A stretch of DNA of 24,000 nt, taken from the NCBI RefSeq assembly GCF_900637305.1, contig NZ_LR134365.1, positions 494,047 to 518,046 on the forward strand, written 5' to 3'. This DNA comes from Cardiobacterium hominis (GTDB lineage: Bacteria; Pseudomonadota; Gammaproteobacteria; Cardiobacteriales; Cardiobacteriaceae). Under the pieces are notes generated by a model. The model ran no database searches and was not told the origin of the DNA. It was given only the letters and a program-made list of their open reading frames with translations. The position numbers and the translations under genes are program-made. This document shows, one piece after another, positions 8,727 through 18,627 of this stretch. Position 1 is the first letter of the stretch. Each line of letters begins with the position of its first letter.

Positions 8727-9434
8727 ATGACACAAAAAAACACCCCCGTCGCCATCATCGGCGCGATGGAGCAGGAAATCGCCCTGCTACAAAGCCGCAT
8801 CGCGCAGCCGCAGCATGAAAAGGTCGCGCACGTCGCCATCACCCGCGGCACGCTGGCCGGAAAACCGATCCTGCTCGCGCAAAGCGGCATCGGCAAAGTA
8901 AACGCCGCCATCACCACCACCATCCTTCTGGAAAAATACCAGGCCGCCTGCGTCATCAACACCGGCAGCGCTGGTGGATTGCAAGGCGGCATGAAGCAGG
9001 GCGACGTCGTCGTCGGCATCCAGACCGCGCACCACGACGCCGATGCCACCGCCTTTGACTACGTCATCGGCCAACTGCCGCAGATGCCCGCCCGCTACGA
9101 CAGCGACGCGACGCTGGTCGAACACGCCGCCCGCGCGGCGGTCGCCTTTGATGGCGCCGCGATACACCGCGGCCTGATCGTCAGCGGCGACCAGTTCATC
9201 AACCACCCCGACAAAATCGCCCGCATCCGCACGCACTTCCCCGACGCCCTTGCCGTCGAAATGGAAGCCGCCGCCATCGCCCAGACCTGCTACCAGTTCG
9301 CCCGTCCCTGCGTCATCATCCGCGCGCTTTCCGACCTTGCCGACGGCGAAGCCGAATACAGCTTCGAGACCTTCCTGCAAATGGCGGCGACCCACTCCGC
9401 CGAAATGGTCGAAAACCTCGTCAAGGCGTTGTAA
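8727..9434 (+). CDS. mtnN: 5'-methylthioadenosine/S-adenosylhomocysteine nucleosidase
   Basis: Colinear with my recollection of E. coli Pfs (VAIIGAMEQE, SGIGKVNAA, INTGSAGG, VSGDQF, AVEMEAAAIAQ). I prefer ATG 8727 (GGAGA 8 nt upstream) over the track start at 8712. Confidence 0.9.
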   Translation: MTQKNTPVAIIGAMEQEIALLQSRIAQPQHEKVAHVAITRGTLAGKPILLAQSGIGKVNAAITTTILLEKYQAACVINTGSAGGLQGGMKQGDVVVGIQTAHHDADATAFDYVIGQLPQMPARYDSDATLVEHAARAAVAFDGAAIHRGLIVSGDQFINHPDKIARIRTHFPDALAVEMEAAAIAQTCYQFARPCVIIRALSDLADGEAEYSFETFLQMAATHSAEMVENLVKAL

Positions 9435-9456
9435 ACACGCCCTTAGCGCCGCTGAC

Positions 9457-9486
9457 AAAAAACCCTCTCCACAGGAGAGGGTTTTT
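9457..9486. terminator. Bidirectional rho-independent terminator (mtnN on +, permease on -)
   Basis: 8-bp stem CCCTCTCC / GGAGAGGG with a 3-nt loop, flanked by an A-run (9457-9462) and a T-run (9482-9486). Confidence 0.75.
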
Positions 9487-9540
9487 CGCAGATAAATTCC
9501 GCCTTGTTGGCGGCGCATTGCGCGCCAGCCACATCGGGGA

Positions 9541-10785
9541 TTAACCCACTACCGGCGGCAACATACCCGCCTTAACAAAGAACGGAATACAGGCGACGAC
9601 GATGCCAATGACCAGCGCAATGATGAGCGCAATATCCCCACCGGCGACGCGGTACGGCAGGTTTGGATAGCGGCGGCGCGCTTTCCACACCAGACCGACC
9701 GGCAACACGACCGCAAAGAAGGCGAACATTTGTCCGGCATAACTCAGCGCGGCGATAAAGTCCGGATAGAAGTAGGCGAAGAGAACCGGCGGCAGGAAGG
9801 TGATCGCGCCAAGCAGCAGGCGACCAGCATTGATATGCAGCCCTTTGCGCAACATATCTTCCGTGCAGTCAAAAAGACCGAGGGCGACACCGAGGAATGA
9901 AGTAACCAGCGCCAAGGCGGAGAACAACTGCACGGCAGAGGCGATGATTTCGCTGCCGGTAATGCGACGGCAGGCTTCAATCAAACCATAAAGCGTCGGC
10001 TTTTCTTTAAGAATTTGGGTAAATTCGCCTTGGGACAAAACGCCGTGCGTGGAAAGTTGCCACAGAATATAACCGACCAAAGTAATGGCAGAACCGGTGA
10101 CGATGGCAATGCGCAAGCCGCGCACATCGCCTTCCATATATTTGACCAGCGACGGAATGGATCCGTGGAAACCATAAGAAGTGAAGAAGATGGGCGCGGC
10201 GGAAATAATCAGCGCATTATCGAGCGGCATCGCCATAAGATTTTGCACGCTGGCTTTCGGGAACATGACGAACATCACCACGACCAAGGCGACAAGCATG
10301 ACGAAAAAGAGCAGGCGGTTAAAGCCATCCACCACTTTGGTGCTAATGATGACGAATGAACCAAAGAATACGGTGAATATGCCGATGAAAATCTTCAGCG
10401 TCATTTCCGGCGAAGTGTTGGCAATAACCCCTTCCTGCCCCAATAAGCCGGTGCTTTGTGTGGCTTTCATCAGAATTTCGCCGCCGCCGGAAATATAAGC
10501 GGCAAGCAGCGCATAAAGAAAGACAAACATCACCGTCGTGGAAACGACGCGGCCAGCATTGCCAAAATAGAGGGCGGAGAGCGTGCCGATACCGGAATCG
10601 CTTTCCGTAGTTTGATAGACTTCGACGAATAGCAGCGCGCTATAAGTCAGCAAAATCCACAGTGAAATGAGAAGAACGACGGTAAAGGTAAAACCGATAC
10701 CGGCGGAAGTAAGTGGCATTGCCAGCATCCCTGCTCCGATCATGGTGCCGGAGACCAGCAATGTTGTGCCAAGGGTTTTGTTCAT
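9541..10785 (-). CDS. Aromatic amino acid permease, TyrP/Mtr/TnaB (HAAAP) family; probably tyrosine-specific
   Basis: 414 aa. Colinear with my recollection of E. coli TyrP (TLG...GTxIGAGMLAMPL, FTSxGFHGSxPS, LATSFLGVALGLFD, ITFLPP). AAGGAG SD. Lies next to tyrosine phenol-lyase. Confidence 0.85.
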   Translation of the reverse strand: MNKTLGTTLLVSGTMIGAGMLAMPLTSAGIGFTFTVVLLISLWILLTYSALLFVEVYQTTESDSGIGTLSALYFGNAGRVVSTTVMFVFLYALLAAYISGGGEILMKATQSTGLLGQEGVIANTSPEMTLKIFIGIFTVFFGSFVIISTKVVDGFNRLLFFVMLVALVVVMFVMFPKASVQNLMAMPLDNALIISAAPIFFTSYGFHGSIPSLVKYMEGDVRGLRIAIVTGSAITLVGYILWQLSTHGVLSQGEFTQILKEKPTLYGLIEACRRITGSEIIASAVQLFSALALVTSFLGVALGLFDCTEDMLRKGLHINAGRLLLGAITFLPPVLFAYFYPDFIAALSYAGQMFAFFAVVLPVGLVWKARRRYPNLPYRVAGGDIALIIALVIGIVVACIPFFVKAGMLPPVVG

Positions 10786-10982
10786 AATGAAGCTCCTTGA
10801 TTGATATGAATCGGAAATGTTCGTGGAATGGATGAATCCGTAATCAAGGCGCTTCGCGCATTATGGAAAATGCGGGTTGTTTGTAAGACAGTCCCACCAA
10901 TACAGGAGGTTATGATTCAAGGTACGGTTGGCGGGCGGCGCAAGATCATGATGTTTTTTTCAGTCATTTCACGATTGTGGGG

Positions 10983-11016
10983 AAAATAAAGGGGGCATTG
11001 TCGAAACAACGCCCCC
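10983..11016 (-). terminator. Rho-independent terminator downstream of tpl
   Basis: Minus-strand RNA is GGGGGCGUUG-UUUCGA-CAAUGCCCCC (10-bp stem with one G-U pair) followed by UUUAUUUU. It lies 15 nt after the tpl stop. Confidence 0.65.
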
Positions 11017-11030
11017 CGATGTGCGAGTTA

Positions 11031-12455
<1,425 letters not shown>

Positions 12456-12535
12456 TCATGACACCCGTCATGACGGATACTTTTCGCCCGTTGCCGGGCA
12501 AATAGGTTAAAGATGCTCAATCTTTGTTGGCGCGA

Positions 12536-12564
12536 ATCTTAGGCATTTCGCCCACAGGTGTCAA
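12536..12564 (-). promoter_or_regulatory. Candidate sigma70 promoter for tpl
   Basis: On the minus strand: TTGACA (12564-12559), a 17-nt spacer, then TAAGAT (12541-12536). This implies a leader of about 105 nt. Sequence pattern only. Confidence 0.3.
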
Positions 12565-12859
12565 CATCTCATCACATCAAAACAACATATTTCCACAACT
12601 TTCCACGCCATAATGCGGGTAACCGCTGGTAAATTATGCGAAAAAATTTTTCACATTTTTTAACAACGGCGGTACGACATAGCCTTTATGACCCGCAAAT
12701 GGCTGAAAGCGAAAACATCACCTTGCGCGCACGGGCAGCGTGACCTCTTTGCGCACGTCCAGCTCCGGCGCTGTTCAGTTTGTGGTGAAAACGCTACAAA
12801 TCCACATCCCCTTGCTCATACCTACGCGGCGGCTTTCCACAAAGCCATCTTGCGCACAC

Positions 12860-12884
12860 AAAAAACGGCGCCGAAGCGCCGTTT
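12860..12884 (-). terminator. Rho-independent terminator downstream of cstA
   Basis: 6-bp GC stem CGGCGC / GCGCCG with a 4-nt loop, extended by A-T pairs. T-run on the minus strand (A-run 12860-12865 on +). Confidence 0.7.
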
Positions 12885-12940
12885 GGTTTTACCCGCCCTT
12901 GGGAACGGGATTGAGGAGAGGGCACACGCCCTGCTTCCGC

Positions 12941-14512
12941 TTAATCGTCCATGCTGACCGCGACAATACCGCCAGCATTCATGCCGCTCGGTTTGAGGCC
13001 AATGAAGAACAGCGCCGTCAGCGCAGCGGCAACCACCGCACCGCTTACCATCGCCGCATCCCACAGATGCTCACCGAAGCCGACCTTCGCCCAGACCCAG
13101 CCGAAGCCGATCTTCTGGTCGAAGAACAGATAACTGGCGCAGACTTGCGTCATAAAGACCGCCGGAATCGTGCAAACCCAGTGGAATTTCTGATGGCGAT
13201 AGAGATAAGCCGCCGCCGTCCACAACATAATCGTCGCCGTAGTTTGGTTCGCCCAGCTGAAATAACGCCACAATACCGTGAAATCGACGCGGGTCAGAAT
13301 AACGCCAACGACAAACAGCGGAATGGTGATTAGCAAACGCTTGCCAATCTTGCGCTGATCCGTGTCCATATAATCGCCGAGGAATTCGGCAATTTGCAGA
13401 CGCGCGGCGCGGAAAGCCGTATCGCCGGAAGTAATCGGCAATACGACGACACCCAATACTGCGAGAATGCCGCCGAAAGTACCGAGCATACTCATTGCCG
13501 CATCATAAACGACTTTGGACGGCGTACCGGCATCAATCGCGCCTTTCAATGCCTGTACTTCAGGATAGAAAGAAAGACCGACCATACACCAAATGAGGGC
13601 AATCACCCCTTCGGTAATCATCGCGCCATAGAAAATGAAATGGCCTTCGCGTTCATTTTCCATGCAGCGTGCCATCATCGGTGTTTGTGTCGCGTGGAAA
13701 CCGGAAATCGCACCGCACGTAATGGTGACGAAAATTAGCGGCCAAATCGGCAGGCTATTGGCACCCGGATGGAAATTCTGGAAGAAATTACTCCAGGAAA
13801 CGCCATCTTGCAGGCCAACCGTTTGAAAGAGCGGGATTCCTTCAAAAAGCAGACCAAAGAGCATACCGCCCGTCATGAACATCAACAACGCGCCAAAAAG
13901 CGGATAAATACGGCCAATGATCTTGTCGATAGGCAGCAACGTCGCGATGATGTAATACACGAAGATAATGCAGACCCAAGTCAGCACCAGATTATCGTGC
14001 TGCGGATTGCCTTTCATGACCGCATCGCCGGAGCGTTCCAAAATCTGCTCGGTAATACTGGTCAAAAGTCCGGCGGGGCTGGTAACGAATACTACACCGA
14101 CCAGCACCAGCAAAATTAGCGCAATGACGTTAATAATGTGCTTCATCGGCATCCCGATATAGCGGCCGGACATCGCCGGAATGGAAGCGCCATTATTGCG
14201 CACGGAAATCATGCCGCAGAAATAATCATGCACCGCACCGGCAAAGACACAGCCGATGACAATCCACAGCATCGCTACCGGACCATAAAGTGCGCCCAGA
14301 ATCGGACCGAAAATTGGCCCCGTCCCGGCAATATTCAATAATTGAATCAGCCAGATTTTGGTGCGCGACATCGGTACATAGTCCACGCCGTCGGCATGCG
14401 TATGCGCCGGCGTCGAGCGCTGCGGTTTGATACCAAATACCTTCACCATCAGCGCGCCATAAATGAAATAGCCTGCCAGCAGCAAGGCCACACAGAAAAA
14501 AAATAAAATCAT
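12941..14512 (-). CDS. cstA: Carbon starvation protein A family transporter (peptide/pyruvate transporter)
   Basis: 523-aa polytopic membrane protein. N-terminal VPMSRTKIWLIQLLNIAGTGPIFGPILGALYGP and HDYFCGM are characteristic CstA-family motifs. AGGAG SD. Confidence 0.85.
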   Translation of the reverse strand: MILFFFCVALLLAGYFIYGALMVKVFGIKPQRSTPAHTHADGVDYVPMSRTKIWLIQLLNIAGTGPIFGPILGALYGPVAMLWIVIGCVFAGAVHDYFCGMISVRNNGASIPAMSGRYIGMPMKHIINVIALILLVLVGVVFVTSPAGLLTSITEQILERSGDAVMKGNPQHDNLVLTWVCIIFVYYIIATLLPIDKIIGRIYPLFGALLMFMTGGMLFGLLFEGIPLFQTVGLQDGVSWSNFFQNFHPGANSLPIWPLIFVTITCGAISGFHATQTPMMARCMENEREGHFIFYGAMITEGVIALIWCMVGLSFYPEVQALKGAIDAGTPSKVVYDAAMSMLGTFGGILAVLGVVVLPITSGDTAFRAARLQIAEFLGDYMDTDQRKIGKRLLITIPLFVVGVILTRVDFTVLWRYFSWANQTTATIMLWTAAAYLYRHQKFHWVCTIPAVFMTQVCASYLFFDQKIGFGWVWAKVGFGEHLWDAAMVSGAVVAAALTALFFIGLKPSGMNAGGIVAVSMDD

Positions 14513-14536
14513 ACTTACACTCCTGAAATAAAAAAA

Positions 14537-14752
14537 TCAAAATTCTTGCGAATCCTGCCGGTCTTTTTGCGCCTGCCGCCGCGTGTCTTCGTTCAGTTTT
14601 TGCAGACGGTCCGGCCGCAAGAGCGGCGGATCTTCTTTGATGAACGGTACACAACGCCGACAGCTGCCTACTTTGGAAAATCCGGCTTCATCGTAGAACT
14701 CGTTGTATTTGCGCCATAGCCACTTGAACAGGTTTTCACCGTCTTTGCGCAT
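14537..14752 (-). CDS. Small hypothetical CxxC protein, probably co-transcribed upstream of cstA
   Basis: 71 aa. GAGGTG SD. The stop lies 24 nt before the cstA start. Contains SCRRC and a charged C-terminal tail. No family recognised; it does not resemble YbdD/YjiX as I recall them. Confidence 0.5.
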   Translation of the reverse strand: MRKDGENLFKWLWRKYNEFYDEAGFSKVGSCRRCVPFIKEDPPLLRPDRLQKLNEDTRRQAQKDRQDSQEF

Positions 14753-14847
14753 CGAATCACCTCGCTACGTTAATTTTTGCACATTATACCCGCAATCTTT
14801 ACCCGCACTTCATCAGAAAAACTGTGCCTTATCGCCGGTTTTACGCC

Positions 14848-14876
14848 TTCGCCGCCATCGCGCCTGCTTGTATAAT
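14848..14876 (+). promoter_or_regulatory. Candidate promoter for the ccmC operon
   Basis: Perfect TATAAT at 14871-14876, 41 nt before the ccmC ATG. Weak -35 (TTCGCC) at 17-nt spacing. Pattern only. Confidence 0.3.
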
Positions 14877-14916
14877 GCGCGCCGTCTAACTTCTTGAATC
14901 ATCATCAGGCATTAAC

Positions 14917-15648
14917 ATGAATTTCCTGCATAAATGGCTGCAACGCCGGGTCAGCCCCGCCGGTTTTGAGCGCTTGAGCGCCGCCGTGCTGCCGTGGCTT
15001 GCCCCGCTTGCCTGGGCGCTGCTCGCGGTGGGCGCCGTCTGGGGGCTGGCGTTTGCGCCGATGGATTATCAGCAGAAGAACAGTTTTCGCATTATTTACA
15101 TCCATGTACCGGCGGCGATGTTGTCGATGAGTATTTATGTGTTGCTTGCGCTGGCCTCATTGCTGTTTTTTGTCTGGCGCAGCCGCATCGCCGCCTTTTT
15201 CGCCCGCGCCGCCGCCCCGTATGGCGCGCTGATGACCGCCGTCGCCCTCGCCACCGGCGCGATTTGGGGCAAGCCAACCTGGGGCACGTTCTGGACGTGG
15301 GACGCGCGTCTGACTTCCGAGCTGATTCTGCTTTTTTTGTATCTCGCTTATATGTTGTTGCAGGCGAGTATTGAGGAGCGCGACCAGGCCGACCGCCTTT
15401 CTGCCATCCTCGCCATTGTCGGCGTTATCAATATTCCCGTGATTCATTATTCGGTGCTGTGGTGGAATTCGCTGCATCAGGGCGCGACGCTGTTCCGCGC
15501 GGGCGGCCCGTCCATTGATGGCACGATGCTCTGGCCGCTTATCGTCATGCTGCTCGCGTTTTATGCGCTGTTTGCGGTGTATATTCTGCGCGGCGTCGGC
15601 AATTTGATTCTGGAAGCCCGCATCCGGCGGCAGTTGGAGGGTTCATGA
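14917..15648 (+). CDS. ccmC: Heme exporter protein CcmC
   Basis: 243 aa, six TM segments, and the tryptophan-rich WGxxWxWDxRLT motif (WGTFWTWDARLTSE). Confidence 0.92.
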   Translation: MNFLHKWLQRRVSPAGFERLSAAVLPWLAPLAWALLAVGAVWGLAFAPMDYQQKNSFRIIYIHVPAAMLSMSIYVLLALASLLFFVWRSRIAAFFARAAAPYGALMTAVALATGAIWGKPTWGTFWTWDARLTSELILLFLYLAYMLLQASIEERDQADRLSAILAIVGVINIPVIHYSVLWWNSLHQGATLFRAGGPSIDGTMLWPLIVMLLAFYALFAVYILRGVGNLILEARIRRQLEGS

Positions 15649-15827
15649 GTTTTGCCAGTTTGAGCGAGTTTTTCCGCATGGGCACGCACGGCGTGTATGT
15701 GTGGACGGCTTATGGCCTGACGCTTGCCGCCCTCATCGCCATTCATGTGTATGTCTGTCGCCGCCAACGCCGCCTGCGCCAAACCCTCGCAACCCTGAAA
15801 CGCCACGATGACGCCCGCCAGAACTAA
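15645..15827 (+). CDS. ccmD: Heme exporter protein CcmD
   Basis: 60 aa with a single TM segment (YVWTAYGLTLAALIAI). ATGA overlap with ccmC and the canonical position between ccmC and ccmE. Confidence 0.8.
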   Translation: MSFASLSEFFRMGTHGVYVWTAYGLTLAALIAIHVYVCRRQRRLRQTLATLKRHDDARQN

Positions 15828-16263
15828 ACGCCTCACCCTCATCAGCCTGATTTTTGCCGCTTTCGCCGCCGCCGTCGCGCTCTTGCTTTATGCGATGCAA
15901 AATGATCTGAACCACTACTATTCGCTGCAAAGCGTCGCCGAAAAGGCGGTGCCGCTGGAGCAGCCCGGCATCCGCGTCGGCGGTATGGTCGAGGAGCATT
16001 CGCTCACGCGCGAGGGTGACAGCCTCACCGTGCGTTTTCGCATCACCGATTTTCAGCATCCGCCGCTTGCCGTCACTTACACCGGCATCCTGCCCGACCT
16101 GTTCCGCGAGAAACAAGGGGTGATTGCGCGCGGCACGCTCGGCGCGGACGGTGTTTTCCGTGCCGATGAAATCCTCGCCAAGCACGACGAGAACTACATG
16201 CCGCCGGAGGTACAGGCAGACATGCAGCGCAGCGGCTACCAGCACCAGAGCCAGCAAAAATAA
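15808..16263 (+). CDS. ccmE: Cytochrome c maturation heme chaperone CcmE
   Basis: 151 aa. N-terminal membrane anchor, RVGGMV, LPDLFREKQGV, and the heme-binding LAKHDENYMPPEV motif. Confidence 0.92.
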   Translation: MTPARTKRLTLISLIFAAFAAAVALLLYAMQNDLNHYYSLQSVAEKAVPLEQPGIRVGGMVEEHSLTREGDSLTVRFRITDFQHPPLAVTYTGILPDLFREKQGVIARGTLGADGVFRADEILAKHDENYMPPEVQADMQRSGYQHQSQQK

Positions 16264-16338
16264 AATTTTTTCAAAACTATGACGGATACCGAAACAAGGC
16301 GAACAGCCGGGGACAAAATTTCGCCTGCCTCTTGTTTG

Positions 16339-16552
16339 CTGCCCCCACCCCAGCCCTCCCCCACGGAGGAGGGAGCCTTTCCGCTATTCGACCAGCCGTT
16401 GCGTGCTACACAAATAGAAGCAGCGCCGAAGCGACGAACGAAAACAAAAGTCCGCATGCCTGCCGATTTTCCCCCTCCCCCGTGGGGGAGGGGCGAGGGC
16501 ACCCATGAAAAAGGCGGCAGCCTTTTTCATGGGAATCGAGGGGTGGGGGCAG
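16339..16552. repeat. Composite inverted pair of REP-like units (MITE-like) in the ccmE-ccmF spacer
   Basis: 13-bp perfect terminal inverted repeats CTGCCCCCACCCC (16339-16351) and GGGGTGGGGGCAG (16540-16552). Each end carries an inner near-palindrome CCCTCCCCCGTGGGGGAGGG. The right unit is interrupted by a 14-bp-arm perfect palindrome (16502-16533). Confidence 0.65.
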
Positions 16553-16598
16553 GGATACACCCGACGATTAAAATCGCAGCAACCTGGAGCGCCACCTA

Positions 16599-18497
16599 AT
16601 GCTTGTCGAAACCGGACACTACGCCCTGTGGCTGGCGGGCGCGATGGCCTTCCTGCAGGCCCTCCTGCCAACCTTCTGCGCCGACCGCCGCACCGCCTGC
16701 GCCCTTGCCGTCAGCGCCGCAAAAACACAAAGCGCGCTGCTCACCTTCAGCATCGCCGCCCTCGGCTACGGCTTTATCGCCAACGACTTCGCGGTGCGCT
16801 ACATCGCAGCGCACAGCAACAGCTTGCTGCCGTGGTACTACCGCCTCACCGCCGTCTGGGGCGGGCATGAAGGCTCGCTGCTCCTCTGGATAGAAATCCT
16901 GGGACTGTGGAGCGCGGCGCTTGCCGTGCGCAGCAAGGCGCTGCCGGACGACCTGCGCGCGAAAATCCTCGCCGTCCTCGGCGCCATCAGCCTCGGCTTC
17001 ATCACCTTCATCGGCTTCACCTCCAACCCCTTCAGCCGCGCCCTGCCCGCCCCCTTTGACGGCGCCGACCTCAACCCGCTGCTGCAAGACCCCGGCCTCA
17101 TCCTGCACCCGCCGCTGCTCTATACCGGCTACGTCGGCTTTGCCGTCGCCTTCGCCTTCGTCGTCGCCGGACTCTGGCAAGGGCGGCTCGATACCCTCTG
17201 GCTGCGCCGCGCCCGCCCGTGGACGCTCGCCGCCTGGCTGGCGCTGACCCTCGGCATCGCCCTCGGCAGCTACTGGGCGTACTACGAACTCGGCTGGGGC
17301 GGCTGGTGGTTCTGGGATCCGGTGGAAAACGCCTCGCTCATGCCGTGGCTCATCGGCACCGCGCTGCTGCACAGCCTCATCGTCAGCGAAAAACGCGGCG
17401 CCTTCCTCACCTGGACGGCACTGCTCGCCATCCTCGCCTTCAGCCTCAGCCTCATCGGCACCTTCCTCGTCCGCTCCGGCGTCCTCACCTCGGTGCACGC
17501 CTTCGCCGCCGACCCGACGCGCGGCATCTACATCCTCGCCCTGCTCGTCGCCATCACCCTGCCCGCCTTCATCCTCCTCATCCAGCGCGCCCCCGCACTT
17601 ACCAGCCGCGCCCCCTACGCCCTGCTCTCGCGCGAAACCGGCATCCTCGCCAACAACTGGCTGATGACCGGCGCCTGCCTCATCGTATTCACCGGCACCC
17701 TCTACCCGCTCGCCGCCGACAGCCTCAACCTCGGCAAAATCTCCGTTGGCGCGCCCTACTACAACCGCCTCATCGTGCCGCTCGCGCTCGCAAGCCTCAT
17801 CCTCCTCGGCATCGGCCCGCTCCTGCGCTGGAAAAACGACCGCGCCCGCCGCCTCGTGCCGCGCCTTGCCGCCGTACTCGCGCTGGCCCTCGCCGCCACC
17901 CTGCTCACCCTCACCCTCGCCGACACCTGGCAAACCCGCACCGCGCTTGCCGTCTTCGCCGCGATGACCGCCGCCGCCGCCATCATCGTGGATACCACCG
18001 ACCGCCTGCGCCACCGCCTGCCCATCACCCGCGCTTACAGCGGCATGACCCTCGCCCACCTCGGCTACCTCATCACCGCGCTCGGCATCACCGCCACCGG
18101 CCTCTACAGCAACGAACAAGACCACAGCCTGAAACGCGGCAGCGTCCTCGACTTCGCCGGTTACCGCCTGACGCTGGTCGATTTAGAAACGCGCGAAGGG
18201 CCGAACTACACCGCCACCGTCGGCAAAATCCTCGTACAAAAAACCGACGGCACCCCCGTTACCGTCCTCCTGCCGAGCAAACGCAACTACCACAGCAGCA
18301 CCATGCCGATGACCGAAAGCGCGCGCCACATCACGCCGACGCACGACCTCTACCTCGCCCTCGGCGAAGCCATCAACGCCGACACCTGGGCGGTGCGCCT
18401 GCAATACAAACCCTACATCATCTGGATCTGGCTCGGTGCGCTCATCATGGCTGCCGGCGCCGCGCTCGCCGCCCTCCCGCAACGCAAAGTGGGATGA
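16599..18497 (+). CDS. ccmF: Cytochrome c-type biogenesis heme lyase subunit CcmF
   Basis: 632-aa polytopic protein with the WWD motif WGGWWFWDPVENASLMPW. Canonical position after ccmE. Confidence 0.92.
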   Translation: MLVETGHYALWLAGAMAFLQALLPTFCADRRTACALAVSAAKTQSALLTFSIAALGYGFIANDFAVRYIAAHSNSLLPWYYRLTAVWGGHEGSLLLWIEILGLWSAALAVRSKALPDDLRAKILAVLGAISLGFITFIGFTSNPFSRALPAPFDGADLNPLLQDPGLILHPPLLYTGYVGFAVAFAFVVAGLWQGRLDTLWLRRARPWTLAAWLALTLGIALGSYWAYYELGWGGWWFWDPVENASLMPWLIGTALLHSLIVSEKRGAFLTWTALLAILAFSLSLIGTFLVRSGVLTSVHAFAADPTRGIYILALLVAITLPAFILLIQRAPALTSRAPYALLSRETGILANNWLMTGACLIVFTGTLYPLAADSLNLGKISVGAPYYNRLIVPLALASLILLGIGPLLRWKNDRARRLVPRLAAVLALALAATLLTLTLADTWQTRTALAVFAAMTAAAAIIVDTTDRLRHRLPITRAYSGMTLAHLGYLITALGITATGLYSNEQDHSLKRGSVLDFAGYRLTLVDLETREGPNYTATVGKILVQKTDGTPVTVLLPSKRNYHSSTMPMTESARHITPTHDLYLALGEAINADTWAVRLQYKPYIIWIWLGALIMAAGAALAALPQRKVG

Positions 18498-18510
18498 ATC
18501 CGCCAGACTA

Positions 18511-18547
18511 CCCCCTCCCCCGTGGGGGAGGAACAGGGTGGGGGCAG
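18511..18547 (+). repeat. Solo REP-like unit of the same family, in the ccmF-ccmG spacer
   Basis: CCCCCTCCCCCGTGGGGGAGG (18511-18531) is identical to 16471-16491. It is followed by GGTGGGGGCAG, as at 16542-16552. Confidence 0.65.
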
Positions 18548-18627
18548 CAAATAATCCGCACAGCGACCGCACCCCCAGACGACGTAAACAGCTTCCACTC
18601 CCCCAATTACCAAAACACCACAGCCCC

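Noticed and set aside
14795-14890. Near matches to DNA uptake sequences (GCCGTCTAA versus the Neisseria DUS; AAGTGCGGGT on the minus strand versus the Pasteurellaceae USS)
   Set aside because: Neither is an exact match, and each occurs only once in the window.
16279-16870. ORFs in the ccmE-ccmF spacer (106 aa at 16279-16599, 121 aa at 16505-16870, and a 95-aa minus-strand ORF)
   Set aside because: They are translations of G/C-tract palindromic repeats, run into ccmF out of frame, and have no SD.
18436-18627. Upstream extensions of ccmG (18436), ccmH (19588) and mtnN (8712)
   Set aside because: The ccmG extension translates the REP repeat (PPPPWGRNRVG). The ccmH extension overlaps osmC. For mtnN the internal ATG at 8727 has the better SD spacing and aligns with the Pfs N-terminus.
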